A stretch of 64,000 nt of DNA from the human T2T-CHM13v2.0 reference genome, Homo sapiens, in the NCBI RefSeq assembly GCF_009914755.1, contig NC_060937.1. The stretch is one strand, 5' to 3'. The translations under genes and the position numbers were made by a program. Below the pieces are notes generated by a model. The model worked only from the letters and a program-made list of their open reading frames with translations, made no database searches and was not told the DNA's origin. Positions 11,790 to 26,249 of the stretch are shown here, in pieces. Numbering within the stretch: position 1 is the first letter of the stretch; each line of letters opens with the position of its first letter.

Positions 11790-14490
11790 TTATATCATTA
11801 TTTTCTAACTTTTCACTTTCCTGCACACAGAGAACAGGATGGTATATTTATGTCCCAATAGGTTAAACACATGAGGCACTCTGGCTGCCTCAGGTTCCTG
11901 CCAGCCATCTCAAAGACTGAAATAATACTAATATAAAATATCTAGATATTTCTATGTCATTTGAATTGAGGAAACATTATTTAGATAAAGAATGCGTAAA
12001 GTATATTGCTAGAAACACAATAGATTGCCACTGAAATAGCTATCACAAAGGACTTATCTTTACGATGAAGTGGGTCAAAATTTTCTGCTCCAAGTTTGTA
12101 TTTGGGATACCATAAAAGATATAGAGTAAAATGAAGAATTTCTCTCCCCTTTGAAAGATCACATCAAATCTCATATTTATTGAATTTAAGTTAGGGCAAA
12201 CATGAACCTTTGATACATTTTATTTTCAGTGACAATCTAAGTCCCAATAATCCAGGCACGACCATGATACCTGCATTCATATTTGGGATGTGTGATCCTA
12301 AAACAACATTTTTTCTACAAGTGCTTGCATCTTATTTGTTCATTTGTCTCAAGTAATGATTTTTGTGATGAAACAAACAGATCAGTAATATCTGCCTTTT
12401 CTCTTTTTCTCAAGCTTTTTAACATTTTTCTTCATATTTCTTTAAAAAAATTCTGTAGAATTTCAGAATTTCTCTGTATTTTCAAAGTTCCCATTTGCAA
12501 TATAATTCGACACCCTCCATGCTTCCATCTGAAACCGTGTGTGTATATTTTCTTCAGTTTCTTTTTCTTTATAGAATGCTGAATGCTTTAAGCAGATTCC
12601 ATGGTAACATATTTTTCTGAAACTTCTTGTTCTTCCTATTTAAGGAGTTATACCTTCCTTAGTAATTCGTGTCAATGCCTTTAAGTTAAATATTTATTCT
12701 CATGTGATATTAAATACGATTCTATGTTTCTCCCATATAAGATGTGAGTTGATTACGAGAGATACAATTGATATGAAAGATAAGGAAACTGGAGATCATG
12801 CAATCCGCTTTCCCTTAGATGACTAAATAATTACTGTTACACATAGCATTCATTCTTGAATAGATAACCTCTGAATTCGCACATGGCTTTCCAAATAAAT
12901 TGGTCCACTGAACACAAGTTAGTGTCAATACTGTATTGTACGTATGCAATTCTCACAATAACCTTATATTGTTTGGGTTTATCTTAAATGTTACTTGTTT
13001 ATTTATTTAGTATCATAAATTTAATATTATGTTTTCTGCAAAAAGACAAAGTATGCCGTTTTAAGATAGCATTACACAATTTATTATACCATTTATAAGT
13101 TACACATAATTTATCTTCAACTATAATAACTCATGTGCTCATGAATATCCTTTTTTTCTCATTAAGAATAAGAAATTCTTAATTCTTGACATTGTTATAT
13201 CCTTATTTACCAATGGTGGCACAGTCTCTCATAGGCATTTGATAAAATGCTTTCATGAAATTCAAAAGCTTTTGTGGTATTAGCAATTTTATAGACACTT
13301 CATAATGTCAAGATTTTAAAAGAAAGTCCCCAATAGTCTATCTATTTATTTTTAAAAGAAGAAAAATTAAAATACAGTACATTTAAAATTTATTGCAAGG
13401 TAAACTTTCATTTTGGAGAAAATAGCTGAGCAAATAATCATATTTGTTTTAAAAATAAAGAAAAAGAAGACAAATGGAAAGTTAGTATGTGAGAACAGAC
13501 ATGTGCAAGAAAAGCTATTTTCTTTTTTAAAATCTAATTTGTTTGTCTTGAAGGTATTAGAAAACAGAAAACTCTACAAGTTAGAATTAGTGACTAAATG
13601 CCACTAGCTCTCTTACCCAGAAAATACCAAATATAAACATATTTCCTCTTTGTGATGCTATCATATCTGAATAATTTATGTAAGAAAATCTCTCTATAAA
13701 ATGATTGTGCATGTGTTTTTCAAATTTTGTTTAACCTGAATGTTTACATATTTTCTTCACAAAGTGTACTTGCCTTAATGAAATAAAATAATTTGAAGTT
13801 TATAAAGATCCAGAAGCACTGAGTTTCTCTTTACAATTGTAATACAATCTTAAAATAAAAATATCAAATTTATTTGTTAATTTGACTATGTAGATATTGG
13901 CTATTTAGAATCCTGAAAGAATGGACTTTAGGAAGCATTTGTAAATGCTTTCTGAGTAGTTGATGTGCACATTTAGTTTTGCAGATATTCTTTGTTGACT
14001 GGACCATAGGTGACTACATCCTAACATCATTTAACATTGCTCTTTTCCTAGGTGATTTTTTTCACAGACCGTGTCACTTTACTAATAGATGCTTCAGAAG
14101 AAGTAAGTAAATGAAGAAAAACTGATGGACATTTTAAAGTAAGAATGTTTAGGAGTCATCATTACTTTATGTAAAAACTAACTTTTATTAACTATTAACA
14201 AATTTATTTACTAGAATATATATTCAAAAGGAGTTTAATATGAAAAACTAAAAATAATTTAAATATTTTTCTGTTATTTAAATAATGTAAATAATTTTTT
14301 GCACACATTTTCATGACATTGATCCATAAAAATTATTCTTACATTTTCAGAGCAAACAGTTACAAATATTTCAAAACATTAAAATACAAAATGAAGGAAA
14401 ACTGTAACAATAAATGTTAACTATACAGAGAATAAATATTCATCAAGGGCCAATACGTTACTATTTTGGTAGTAACTATTCAGGAATGAC

Positions 14491-14816
14491 TGCTATGAAC
14501 TGAACAGTACTCTTCCCAAATTCGTAAGTTGAAGCCTTAACCTCCAGTGTGACTGTATTGGAGACAGAGGTTACAAAAGACTATGGCCTTATAAGAACAA
14601 AAAGATCTCTCTTTCTTTCTCTCCCTCTCCACACCAGGTGAGGACACAGTAAGAAGGCAGCCATCTGCAAGCCAGTGAGAGAGCCCTCACCACCCTGAAC
14701 ATGTGGACACACCGATCTCAGGCTTTCAGCCTCCTGACTGTGAGAAAACAAATTTCTATTGTTTAAGCCATCCAGTCTGTAGTATTTTGTTTTGGAAACC
14801 TGAGCTGACTAATACA
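14491..14816 (+). mobile_element. MLT1A/B-like solo LTR
   Basis: TG...CA termini; perfect 5-bp TSD ATGAC at 14486-14490 and 14817-14821. Confidence 0.9.
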
Positions 14817-16299
14817 ATGACCAATACATTATGTAAAGCAACATAATCTTTATAGAGAGCATAAATTAAAATTGTATGTAATATAAATATTACTTCCTTT
14901 AGATTGAATTTTTGTCATATGCTATAACATAGAAAAAGAAAAAAATCACATTTTTAGTAATTCCTGCATATTATATTTCAAATTTTATTTCAGTGATGGT
15001 AATTCTGAAACATATATGGAGATATATAAATATGTTTCTTGTTAGTATATAAAAAAAAGTTGCTATTTAGAATACTAATGATTTTGTCCTGAAAAATGAG
15101 GAAGCCCCTAGAGAGGAAACTGAATTTCTCTAAATAAGAAACCAGAAAATGTTAACCCCCAAGAAGGAAATTAAACAAGAAATCATTATGAAACTAACTT
15201 GAGAAGCCAAAAGAGAGATCAAGTAGTATTAGCAAAATGAATAGTGGATGTCTATGTGCTCTATAATGTGGCCAAGGAATTAGCTAAGCTCCTTTTTTGA
15301 TTTAAAAATAGTGAGACTATAATATTAAGACAAGAAGAACCAGTCACAGAACTTGCTAATGTGGGTGCCATGGAGGACATGAGAAATTAGTGAAAAATAA
15401 TGAAAAAGACTTGACTTTCAAAGTAGTTGGAATTTTGGATTTTATCTAAAATTATATTCATCTCCAAAATGCAGGAAATCCAAAATACCTCATAGGACAT
15501 ATGTAGATTATCCATTAAATATTCAAAATATATGTATTATTTGCATCCTATATAAAGACTGCCTTTGTTGCTGAGTATATAAAGCACACATGCTCACTCT
15601 CATGCACACAATCCTAAGGTTCTGACTGTAAAGAGAACCTATTTTGTCTCCCCATTTTGCCTTGATTAATTTATTTAAGTTAAGAAGATGAGATGAATCA
15701 CCTAAATGAATAAATGATATGGTTCTTTTCTATATTGATGAAAGGAATGGGAGAAGATTAATATGGAAGTGTGTTAGCTCATGTCTATCAGTAAGCAGAA
15801 AACTCTCATCTACATACCACCTTAATTGTTTCTCTATTGGAAAAGTTTGTGAAGCAAACACTAGTAAAAAAATCATATGAATATGAGCTAGGAGGCTAAG
15901 ATTCAACTGGGGAGTAATGAATTCAATAACTAAATCATTAATATGTTCCACAAGTCATAAATTAACTAGTCAAAATTTCATAATCATAATGCCTTAAAGC
16001 TAACATTATAACAAAATTCTTAAGAATTCAGAGTATTTGTTTCAAAATAAAATCAATACAAAAAAATATAGATTTTACATTTACATAATTAGAATCCCAT
16101 TTTAAAATCCAAGAAAACATCCATCAAGCACTAATTATAACTGCCTTTGATTGAAAAACTGCACATTTGTTAAACGCATTTAAGCTGACATCATACCACA
16201 ATAGCAAAAAGTGTTGTGGTTGCGTGAACGATTCTCTTCCTATAGATAGCAATTAGAAAATATTAATACAACATACAACATAAAAATAATTATTTAAAT

Positions 16300-19105
16300 A
16301 CACTGTAAAGTGTATAAATAAGGCATAATCAGGATCTTCTAGCAAAATTGTTAAATCCACATAGTGGAATACTTTAAGATACACCTCACATTAATGTACA
16401 GAACAACCAGACAAAAAACATAATATAGAAGATATGAATGACAGTGTCAACCATCATAACCATAGCATTTGTAGAATGCTATAGATAACAACTGCAGGAC
16501 AAACATTATTTCAATCATATATGGAATGTTCACCAAGACTGACCACATATTGATCCATAGAACGAGTTCCAATAAAATAAAATAAAAAATCTCTTTAAAA
16601 TTATGTTCCCTGATTACAGAATAATTAAATGAGAAATAAAAAAATACAAGTAGTAATGCTCCAAATATTAAACAACTCATTTTTAAACAGCCACTATGTC
16701 AACACAAAAATCAAAAGGGAATTATAAAATACGTTAATGAAATGATAATAAAAATAGTATACCAAAATGTATGTGAAGCTGCTAAAGATGTGTATAAAGG
16801 AGCATTTTCTATGTTAAATGCAAATATAAGACAAAAAGAAATGTCTGAAATCAATGATGTAAGCCTTCAAACACAAGAAACTAGAAAAAAAAACAGCAAA
16901 TAAAAAATAGAGTGTGTGGAAGGAAGGGTGTAATAAAAATAAAGAGAACAAGTCAACACAAGTCTGAATTTCAGATTAACTGTTTTTTTGTCTAAGTATG
17001 TCATAAATATTCTATAGGACATAATTACACATGTAAAAAAAATTGAAATTTTGAGTTTCATCTAAAATTGTATTTATCTTCAAAAATAAGAAATCCCAAA
17101 TATCATAAAGGACACATGTATGCATTAAACGTTCAAACTATATGTATATTCTTTATCTGAATTAAACTTTAAACAGGTTTCTGTATTTTTCCTTTGCTAA
17201 ATCTGACGACCGTTTAAGATAAAAATGAATAACACTAAAAGTTTGTTACTTGAAAAGTCCATAAAATTGATAAAACTTATTTTTAATTGATCAAGAAAAA
17301 AGGAGGCAAGGGACAAATCATTTTATTAGCAATTATAGAAAAGGCACCACTTAAGATTTTTTAGACACTATAATGATAGAAAGGTAACATTATAAACAAC
17401 TTAATGCCAATTACATAAAATACAGGAATAACATAGAAATTGTAAGTTGCTGAAACTGACAAAAGAAAATATAGGCAATCTGACACAAAATAATATTTAC
17501 TGTATGATTTCATTCATATAAAGTTCTAGAAAATACAAACAAAATTACATAGTGATAAAGCATATTCATATGGCTAAGGGTTTGGAAATTGACTGCAAAT
17601 GCGCATGAGCAAATTTTTTCTGGAAGATCAAAATATTTCTCATTGTGATCATGGTGCAATTTTCATGAGACATCTTTGAAAACTCACCAAATGGGTCAAG
17701 TTTACTACATATAAGTTATGCTTTAATAATTTTATTAGAAATTTAATGAATAAAAAATGATTGTGGATTGGCTTGAGTGTTTATTCAGAGCTTTAGGCAG
17801 TTTAATCATTTGTTAAAAACAACTAAGTAACGAACTATTTAATTCTACAAATTTACATATGAAAAAGCAGATTGAAATAAATTAAAATTCAAGAGAAAAA
17901 AGAAGGAATTATTAAAGAAAATATTAAATAATGTGGTTAATAATGCAATTTGCCCAATTTGATTGTCCAACTGTAAACAGAACACAGAAAATATGGTAAT
18001 ACAAAAATGTAAGAAAATTATCTGAGGAATTATCACCAGAAAATGAAAATGTCTATAACACCGTAAAATGTAGAACTCCCAATTTTTGAGCATTATATGA
18101 TTCATAAAGGAAGGAAACTTCTCGATTCATCTGATGAATTTATGTCAATTCCCAAATCTGATGAAACACAAGAGACAACCAAATATCTTTGTATTCAAAT
18201 AAATAGTGCATGAATTGCCATTTTCTTGGAAATTCACATTTGTGACCCAGTATCTCACAATTTAATGTAATAATTTTAAATATATATGTTTAATTTAATA
18301 TCCATTGAAACTGATGTACCCTTATATATCTAAATATTTAAAACATTATAATTTAAATCAAATCAATCTTATAGATGTAATGCTGCTAAATAATTTCCAT
18401 TCCATAAAATTTAGCAACCTATAAAATAATCATATACCATAACTATTTTTTCTAAAATCTATTCCATCACATTGAAAACTAAAAGAAGAAATCTTGTGAT
18501 CATCCCAATGTATGATATAAATAAATTACCTAATCAATTTAAAATATATATTCTTGGAAAAGTAGAATTATAAAAACAAATTACTAAGAAGATAAAATAA
18601 ATATGAAATAAAATGCCTACATTATATTTAATAATACAATTAAGATAATTTCACTAGACAGAAACACAGAATGAGAGATGAAGTATCAATAATACTATGT
18701 AGATTTGTTATACATGCCTTTTGCAACATGTAAAAATATAATAAAATATCTCCAATTGCAATAGCATAGACACACATTTTTGATTAATATAAATAAGTGC
18801 CATGGAAACCAATAAAACCATCAAAATACGTTTTAAGAGTTTATTATGATTACCAAATACAAATTCTATCAGTAGTTGCTCTTACATATAATATCAATTT
18901 CTCATTAGAATTGCAATAAAAATTGTCCAAAATTCACTAAAACATAAAATATAAAATGTCTAGGTTTAAAATTTGCATAAAATGTGGTTTCTTATAAAAG
19001 AAATTATGAAATATTATAATATTAAAGAACTAAAAATATAGACCTGATAATTATATACACAATGTTCCTAGATCAGAACACTCAATAATGTAAAGTTAAT
19101 ATTCT
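16300..19105 (+). mobile_element. Highly decayed L1M (MC/ME) ORF2 and 3' UTR fragments
   Basis: tggaatgttcaccaagactgaccacatatt; aaaattgataaaac; 3' UTR motif actgtatgatttcattcatataaagttctagaa near 17500. Confidence 0.65.
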
Positions 19106-19116
19106 AGTAATTAACT

Positions 19117-19527
19117 ATGTTTTATTAACATTTAATTTCCCTGCCAAAAAGCTATGTTGACATACTAACTTCAATTCTCTTAGATAAGGTTGTACTAGAG
19201 TAGGGTAAGACCTTGCTCTAATATGACTGGGTAGCCTTAAAAAAAGATGGCCATATGAGACAGACATGCAGAGGGAATACTCTGTGACTAGGAAGCAGAG
19301 ATTGGAGTTATGCAGCTACAAATCAAGAATGCAAAGATTGGCAGCAAACCATCAGAAGTTAGGAAGAAGCAAAGAAGTATTTCTCTAAAGGTTTGAGAGG
19401 AGTATGGACCTGCAGACATCTTCATTTCAGACTTCTAGCGTCCAGAACTGTGAGACAATATATTTCTATTAGCTTTAGCATTCCGGCTTGTGATACTTTG
19501 TTGTGGCCACCCTAGAAAACTAATACA
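19117..19527 (+). mobile_element. MLT1C-like solo LTR
   Basis: gaagcagagattggagttatgcagctacaa...gacttctagcgtccagaactgtgagacaat...ccctagaaaactaataca. Confidence 0.85.
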
Positions 19528-20295
19528 GTATTTGTGGCTGTGTTATATATAATGGCAAAATATTTGAAACTACTTACATATCAAAGAATAAGAAATATTG
19601 TAAATATTTATCTTTATGTATATCATGGAAACTTGACTTTAAAATTTTAGTATCAAGAATATGTAATAAATTTCAATTACTTGTAAGTGAAACAATTGCA
19701 TGACAACAATTCTAATATTTTTTCAACATATTCAGTTTTACATTTGTAGGGATTTGTTTGTTTCAACTACATTAGTAATAAATTATCAAGCTTTTTTTCT
19801 CTGACCCCTGATTTCAGCTTTGCCATTTTTCCTCTGTCACTTAAGGTATCTATAATTGTTTTCATATTTTTTGTGATATCAAAACTCAAAGCTTTCCATT
19901 TCTATCATGATTGTCCAAACTTGTAGCTTTAGGGACTTGGAGTTTGGAGAGCAAAATAATCCATTCCTTTTCTCCTTGTCTGTCCCTATGTTTAAAAGTA
20001 AATTTTCTCAGTAGCAAATTGAAAACAGTAACTGGAAAAAGGGTAGCCCTCTCCCACATCACTCTTCTGGGTGGCAATTTCTCTGTTAATGGCTGCTTAG
20101 CCAGGCACTGCTGTTTTAGGGGGTATAAGTGTGAGTACTTAACAGAGTCCTCGGTGGCCTTGGTGCTGCCTGGTTCCATGAAGTGAAAATTCCATCACTT
20201 TGAACCTCTGACTCAAATTATTCATTAACTGCTAAGGTTTACTGAAAATGTCGGTAGCCTCTTTGATAGAGTAACTGTAGAACTTCTCAGGTCTT

Positions 20296-20398
20296 GTATA
20301 TGGATATGTGTATACATGTATATGTATATAGATGTGTGTATATATGTGTATGTATATATGTATATTTGTATGTATATGCATAAGCATATATGTATATA
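20296..20398. repeat. (TATG/TA)n low-complexity repeat
   Basis: Alternating purine-pyrimidine run. Confidence 0.85.
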
Positions 20399-20872
20399 AA
20401 TAAGCTTTATTTATTTTAATTTTTGCTGCTCAGATAGCCAGGGGACTATTTTATTCATTCACTGTCATTCTTTCAAGACTGAAAATGATCCCTTTTCACC
20501 TTGTAGACATTCTCAAGCTTACTGAGATTTCTGTGGAGCATTTCTCTTTAGTTGGTTATGTTGTGTGGGTTGGAAGGAGCATGCTGTATATACCATTCCC
20601 TTCTCTATGGCATATAGAGGGAACAATTTCATACCACAGCTACTAATCTTCTGCCAGGTAGAAAATTCTGATGTTTCTGTGACCTGCTTCCTAAGTTAAA
20701 AGTGGGGTCAAGAGGTGGTAATTCATCCTCTTCTGGCAATCCAAGTGCTCTTACAACTTACATAATACATGTACATACCTGTACATCCTTATGTGACTAT
20801 AGTAAACAACACTTAATATGCATAAGGTCATGGAGTCATAAGTCTTTGAACAACTGAGTAGTGCATTGTGGT

Positions 20873-21233
20873 TGTATTAGTCCATTTTCATACTCCTATG
20901 AAGAAATACCTGAGATTGGGTAATTTATAAAGAAAGAGAGGTTTAATGTAGTCACAGTTTCACGTTTCTGGGGAGGCCTCACAATCACGGTGGAAGGTGA
21001 GGAAGGAGCAAATGCATGTCTTACATGGCAGAAAGCAAGAGAGTGTGTGCAGGGGAACTGCTTTAATAAAACCATTAGATCTCAAGACATATTCACTATC
21101 ACAAGAACAGAACAAGAAAAACCCACCTCCATAATTCAATTACCTCCCACCATGTCCCTCCCAAGACACATGAGGATTATGGGAGCTACAGTTAAAGATG
21201 AGATTTGGGTGGGGACACAGCCAAACCATATCA
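20873..21233 (-). mobile_element. THE1 (B/C-like) solo LTR
   Basis: tgtattagtccattttc...gagatttgggtggggacacagccaaaccatatca; TSD GTGGT/GCGGT. Confidence 0.93.
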
Positions 21234-21955
21234 GCGGTGTTATTGTTTTGCTTATATTTTTTAATATTTCCTTTCACACTCTGAATTTTGAAAATTCCAT
21301 ATAAGTTTTATGCAATATGTTTAGAATCAGAAAAATATCTATTATTAAATATATAAATTCTTAACATATTATTCTCCAATATAATAGTTATTTTATTTTT
21401 AAAATTTCATACAAATACATATAATATTTTGGTGTCTTATGCCCACTAGTTTCACCAAAAGACATATAGATTCAGTGGTTTAATGCACAAGGTATAATTT
21501 ACTTTGCAGATAAAAATTAAGGTATAAAAAGGAAAGTTTATAATTCAGTGATAGATTAAAGCTTAGTGAAATGTTTTGTATCCACATCATATTAAACTAT
21601 TTTCTACTCCATGACTAAAAAGTAAAAATGTGTTTTGTAAACAAACATAGTAATTTCAGTTGCTTAAGGTATCAAAGATTTTCAGAAACTGTATAATATA
21701 CTTAAATTCAAATTAAAAAAAAAAAAGAGAATGCTAGAAGATTAGCCACAGTGGCAGAATATGATATTATCCCAAGATCTAATTTCAGATTATGCATCAA
21801 CATTGTATCAAATTCTATATTACTTGTTCTCTTACTATGAATAATTAAACATACAGCACTGATGAAAACAGTATCCAACCATTATAATGTCACAACTCAC
21901 GGCACGGATTATTCAGATTTACTATTCAAGACATTGACATTGACTTTCCTTCTTC

Positions 21956-22354
<399 letters not shown>

Positions 22355-23352
22355 TGAATTTCAAAGTATTCCCTTCCTTTCTCGTGTTTTTAAAATGTCT
22401 CCTACACTTATAATAAGTAGAATGTGAGCAATAATGTTAGTTGAATTCTGAGAACCAATGAAAAGATGGACATAAATCTGAAAATCCAGTAGAATATATC
22501 ATGTTTAATAGTCAATAGTTTTCTTTTTGTCTTAACAACATAGGCTTTATGTCAAACTTAAATACATTGTGGGCTTCGTGAAAATAATTTCAACTTTGTT
22601 CCACTGGTAACCTCAATATTTAAAAATGTTTAAATAAAAGAATCCCTTTTTTATATGCATATGTATAAAGTTCTCACTTGTTTGTAATTATGATTGTTAT
22701 TTCTTTTGGAAGAAATAATATCTGTAAAATTTATAAGGAAATAAATAGTGAATATTAATAAATAAAACATATAGATATCGGATCATAAGAATATATTAAG
22801 GGAACTAGCATCATAAAATATGAAAAAAATTTCCAAGTTCGTCTTTAATACAAAATTGTAAATGTCATTGATTTCTTCTTTTTCAAAAGTGGATAATGGT
22901 ATCCAAGTATATAATTCTATTACTAGGGAAAATACATTGAGAAAAATATTGAGAAGCTTATTTTTCATAAAGCTAATTTAAGAAGGATAAGCCTGATTAT
23001 CATAAACAAATAAAAGGAGGTAAATTTCTCCACATAATCATATAAAATGAAACATGAATTCCTGGAGCATCTATGAAGAAAGGAAATGAAGCGCCCACAA
23101 ATGTTTGGAAGGGAAAAAAGGGGGAATTTAGGCAGAAGTCAAGATATTTAAAAGTAGAAGGAAATACCGACGTCATCTTTGTTACAGACTCAAACATTAA
23201 ATGACTATAAGTAAGTAGCAAAGTATACAGGCAGTAAAACAGAAGAATAATAATACTGAAATTTCAATGCATGCATTCCGAGAAAAAATTTAATATATGT
23301 AAAAAAGAAAACAGAATAAAAACTATAAATATTTATGCATATATGTATATAG

Positions 23353-23379
23353 ACACATGCACACACACACACACACACA
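23353..23379. repeat. (CA)n microsatellite
   Basis: CA run. Confidence 0.9.
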
Positions 23380-24512
23380 TATCTTTCAATCTCTTAGTAC
23401 AGTACAATGTTCCAGAAACATTCGTTTGATAATAGCCTGTTTCGCTCGGAAAATGTTAATTTGGCTGTTATTCAGATTGCCCTTCTCAAGGACAATTGGT
23501 TCGTGTATATTTAATTTGAAAGAGTACCATTGAGATTCACGACTAAAGCTTCTCTTTCTGAAATACCATTAAAGTATTTTCAATATTTCTAATCAATATT
23601 AGCCAAGAGAGAACTGGACACCATCCATCATTTAGCAAATGCAGCAGGACAATTTGGATTGCTGCTTAAGTACCCGTTGTCCAGATTACACAGACAACAA
23701 TGTTACTACACTGAGAAATAACGCTTCCAAAATTACAGTTCAGAATTGGTTATATTTCAAGATTACTTCTTCAATATTAAATTGAGAGAAGTTATGTTAA
23801 AAGTCAGTTTTATTCAGAGTCATTTGCTCCTTTGTTATTTTCCATAATATGCTAAACATAACGTCATATTGGCCTTACCCAGTGTCTAACAAGGCACTCT
23901 CCCAGATGCATATTTGAATAGCCTTTCCTGCTTGCAGTTTGAGTATTAAGTGTTACTTGTTATGGTTTAGAAAGCTTTTCTCACTCGCAAATACCCTTTC
24001 CTTTCCTCAGTGGATAATATGTTATTATTTTCCTTCAATCAGATATTAAATGTTAGTGTGAAGCCAAAAAATTGAGTGATTAACTTTCATCATAAATTAA
24101 GGTAACTTTTAACATTAAATTGTACATATCAACTGAAAAACAGATCCAATAAATTCTAATAACAACGCTGTCCCCACAAGTCTGCCTTAGATAATTTGTT
24201 CTCAGAAGTGGCTCTGGAAATTATATTTGTTTGCCTAAGCTTTTCTAGCTCTATTGTAAATTGTCTTTTCTATTTTATTATTTATATTGGAAATACTTTT
24301 GATTTAGTTCATAATCTTCCTGCAGAAGATACAATGTATATTTGTGCTTCTTCATACATTATACATGACAATAAGCAAAATTTACAGCAGTGTAAGCAAA
24401 AGAATAGTTAGCTTTACTGCAAAGTACAAAATTCAGCCAATTCAGCAAAAGCTTTGAAAGTCTAGTGGAAATATTTTCACAGTCTGCATATGTGTTAAAA
24501 CAAGCCCTTCAA

Positions 24513-24590
24513 ATATGTATGTGTATGTGTGTGTATATATATATTTATATGTGTATATATACATTTGTATATATGTGTATATATATACAT
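24513..24590. repeat. (TA/TG)n repeat
   Basis: Alternating run. Confidence 0.85.
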
Positions 24591-24805
24591 TTTTTTCTTC
24601 AGAGAAAACTGAATCTTTTAATAAATTGAAAGTGGCAAGTACAAACACAAGGTGCCCTCTGTTTACAGTAACCATATTTAGTATGGTAGCTCCAAGTCTA
24701 AGTTCTTCCATGGGATTTGTTTAAAAGAAGACAATACTAATTTTAAATTTCCACATAAGGGTTGAAGCTATTTCAGTTGGGTATATAGCTTTCATACAGA
24801 GAAGG

Positions 24806-25723
24806 TGTTGAAAAACAGGAGTCTGACCAAGACGTTCTGTAGTTCCCCTCAGCTCAACTAAACTTTAGATAGCTTTTTCCCTGACTATAGACCTCTGACC
24901 TCTTGGCTTAGTCCATTTGAGCTGCTGTAACAAAATATATTAAACTGGGTAACTTATAAACAACAAACATTGCACACAGCTCTGGAACCAGAAAGTCCAA
25001 AATCAAAGTATTGGCAGACTCATTGTTTGGCGAGGGCTTGCTCTCTGCTTCAAAGATGGTGCCTTCTTGCTGTGTCCTCACATGGCAGAAAGAGAGGAAG
25101 AAACTACGATGCTTTCCTCAAATGTTTTTATATGGTTGACCCTATTCATGAGGGTGTAACCCTCACAAATTAATCATTTCCCAAAAGTCTCCACCTCTAA
25201 ATACTATCACATTGGTTATTAGGTTTTAATATGTGAATTTGGCAGGGACACATACATTTAGATCACAGCACCTCCCTTCTCATAGATTACTTCAGAAAGT
25301 TGCAATTATATCATTGTCTCTCCTCTTTTGAGAAGTAAATCTTCTCTCAGCTTCTTTCCAGTTGTGTAAACCGACGGATGTCTTTCTCAAGGACCTGGGA
25401 CTCATCACTTTGAAATGTTATCATAAAGAAATAGTAGCATTCCAACCTGTCAATCTTGATTGAAGTGTCAGAACCTAACTTAGATAAGCACCAGCTAGCA
25501 AACATAGATGGACTAAGCACAATAACGAACCTTCCTTTCCCCTAACATGCCCTAATACTTTCCCACTAATCCACCAGCATTTAAAATTCCTTCTGTCTTT
25601 TGTTCAGGGGAGTTGAATTCAATTTCTCTACCCTACTTCTACAATCTTTTACTCCTTTGCAATAATCTTAGACAAATGTCATCTTTGCCTGTTTAACTTC
25701 ATTCAGTGTAATTTTCTTTACCA
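24806..25723 (+). mobile_element. ERV1-class solo LTR (MER89/90/92 group) split by MLT1A
   Basis: cagctcaactaaactttaga...ctgacc|...tgtctttctcaaggacctggga...ttgaaatgttatcat. Confidence 0.65.
24904..25270 (-). mobile_element. MLT1A-like solo LTR (nested)
   Basis: ttagtccatttgagctgctgtaacaaaata...acatttagatcacagca; TSD CCTCT/CCTCC. Confidence 0.88.
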
Positions 25724-25937
25724 AGTCTTTGTCTAAAACCACTATATAGAATAATCTCTGGAGAGTCTGTTTCTACAAAACCTTAACTTCATAGTCTGAC
25801 TATATTTGAGCGTGGTAATTTGGGGCTTTTCAAATTGCCTGAGAACTTGCTAATAGTTAGAAGTTTAATTATTTTTATGTATGTATTTTATTTTCAGGAG
25901 CTGTAGCCAGTCATCCCTTAGTTTTTATTCTCTAGCC

Positions 25938-25960
25938 AAAAAAAAAAAAAAAAAAAAAAA
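25938..25960. repeat. Poly(A)23
   Basis: Pure A run. Confidence 0.95.
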
Positions 25961-26014
25961 TAGACATCTGCAGAAGAAAGTCACCACTTGTATTCTGATA
26001 CATCAGTCTACATG

Positions 26015-26092
26015 TGACAATTGTCCTAGGTTTCTTCCTTGACTAGTATATGACAATTTTCCTGGGTTTCTCCCTTGACAAGTATATGACAA
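26015..26092. repeat. 36-bp tandem duplication (two copies plus a partial third)
   Basis: tgacaa recurs at 26015, 26051 and 26087; the two full units differ at 4 positions. Confidence 0.9.
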
Positions 26093-26249
26093 GGGCTAGA
26101 GTTTGGATCTTCTTCATGTGGGCCCATCAGATGTCTTTGGTCCTCCCTGTACTTAAAAAGAGAAGGTTTCTCTAACAAAATGTAACTTTTAATACAGTTT
26201 CAGATCTTACACTTGATTTTTTTCATCGTTTTGTTTGAAAATTCTCGTC

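Noticed and set aside
25938-25960. Poly(A)23 as a processed pseudogene tail
   Set aside because: There is no upstream AATAAA, recognisable transcript body or TSD.
26015-26092. 36-bp repeat as a CRISPR array
   Set aside because: The units are directly tandem with no spacers, there are no cas genes, and the DNA is primate.
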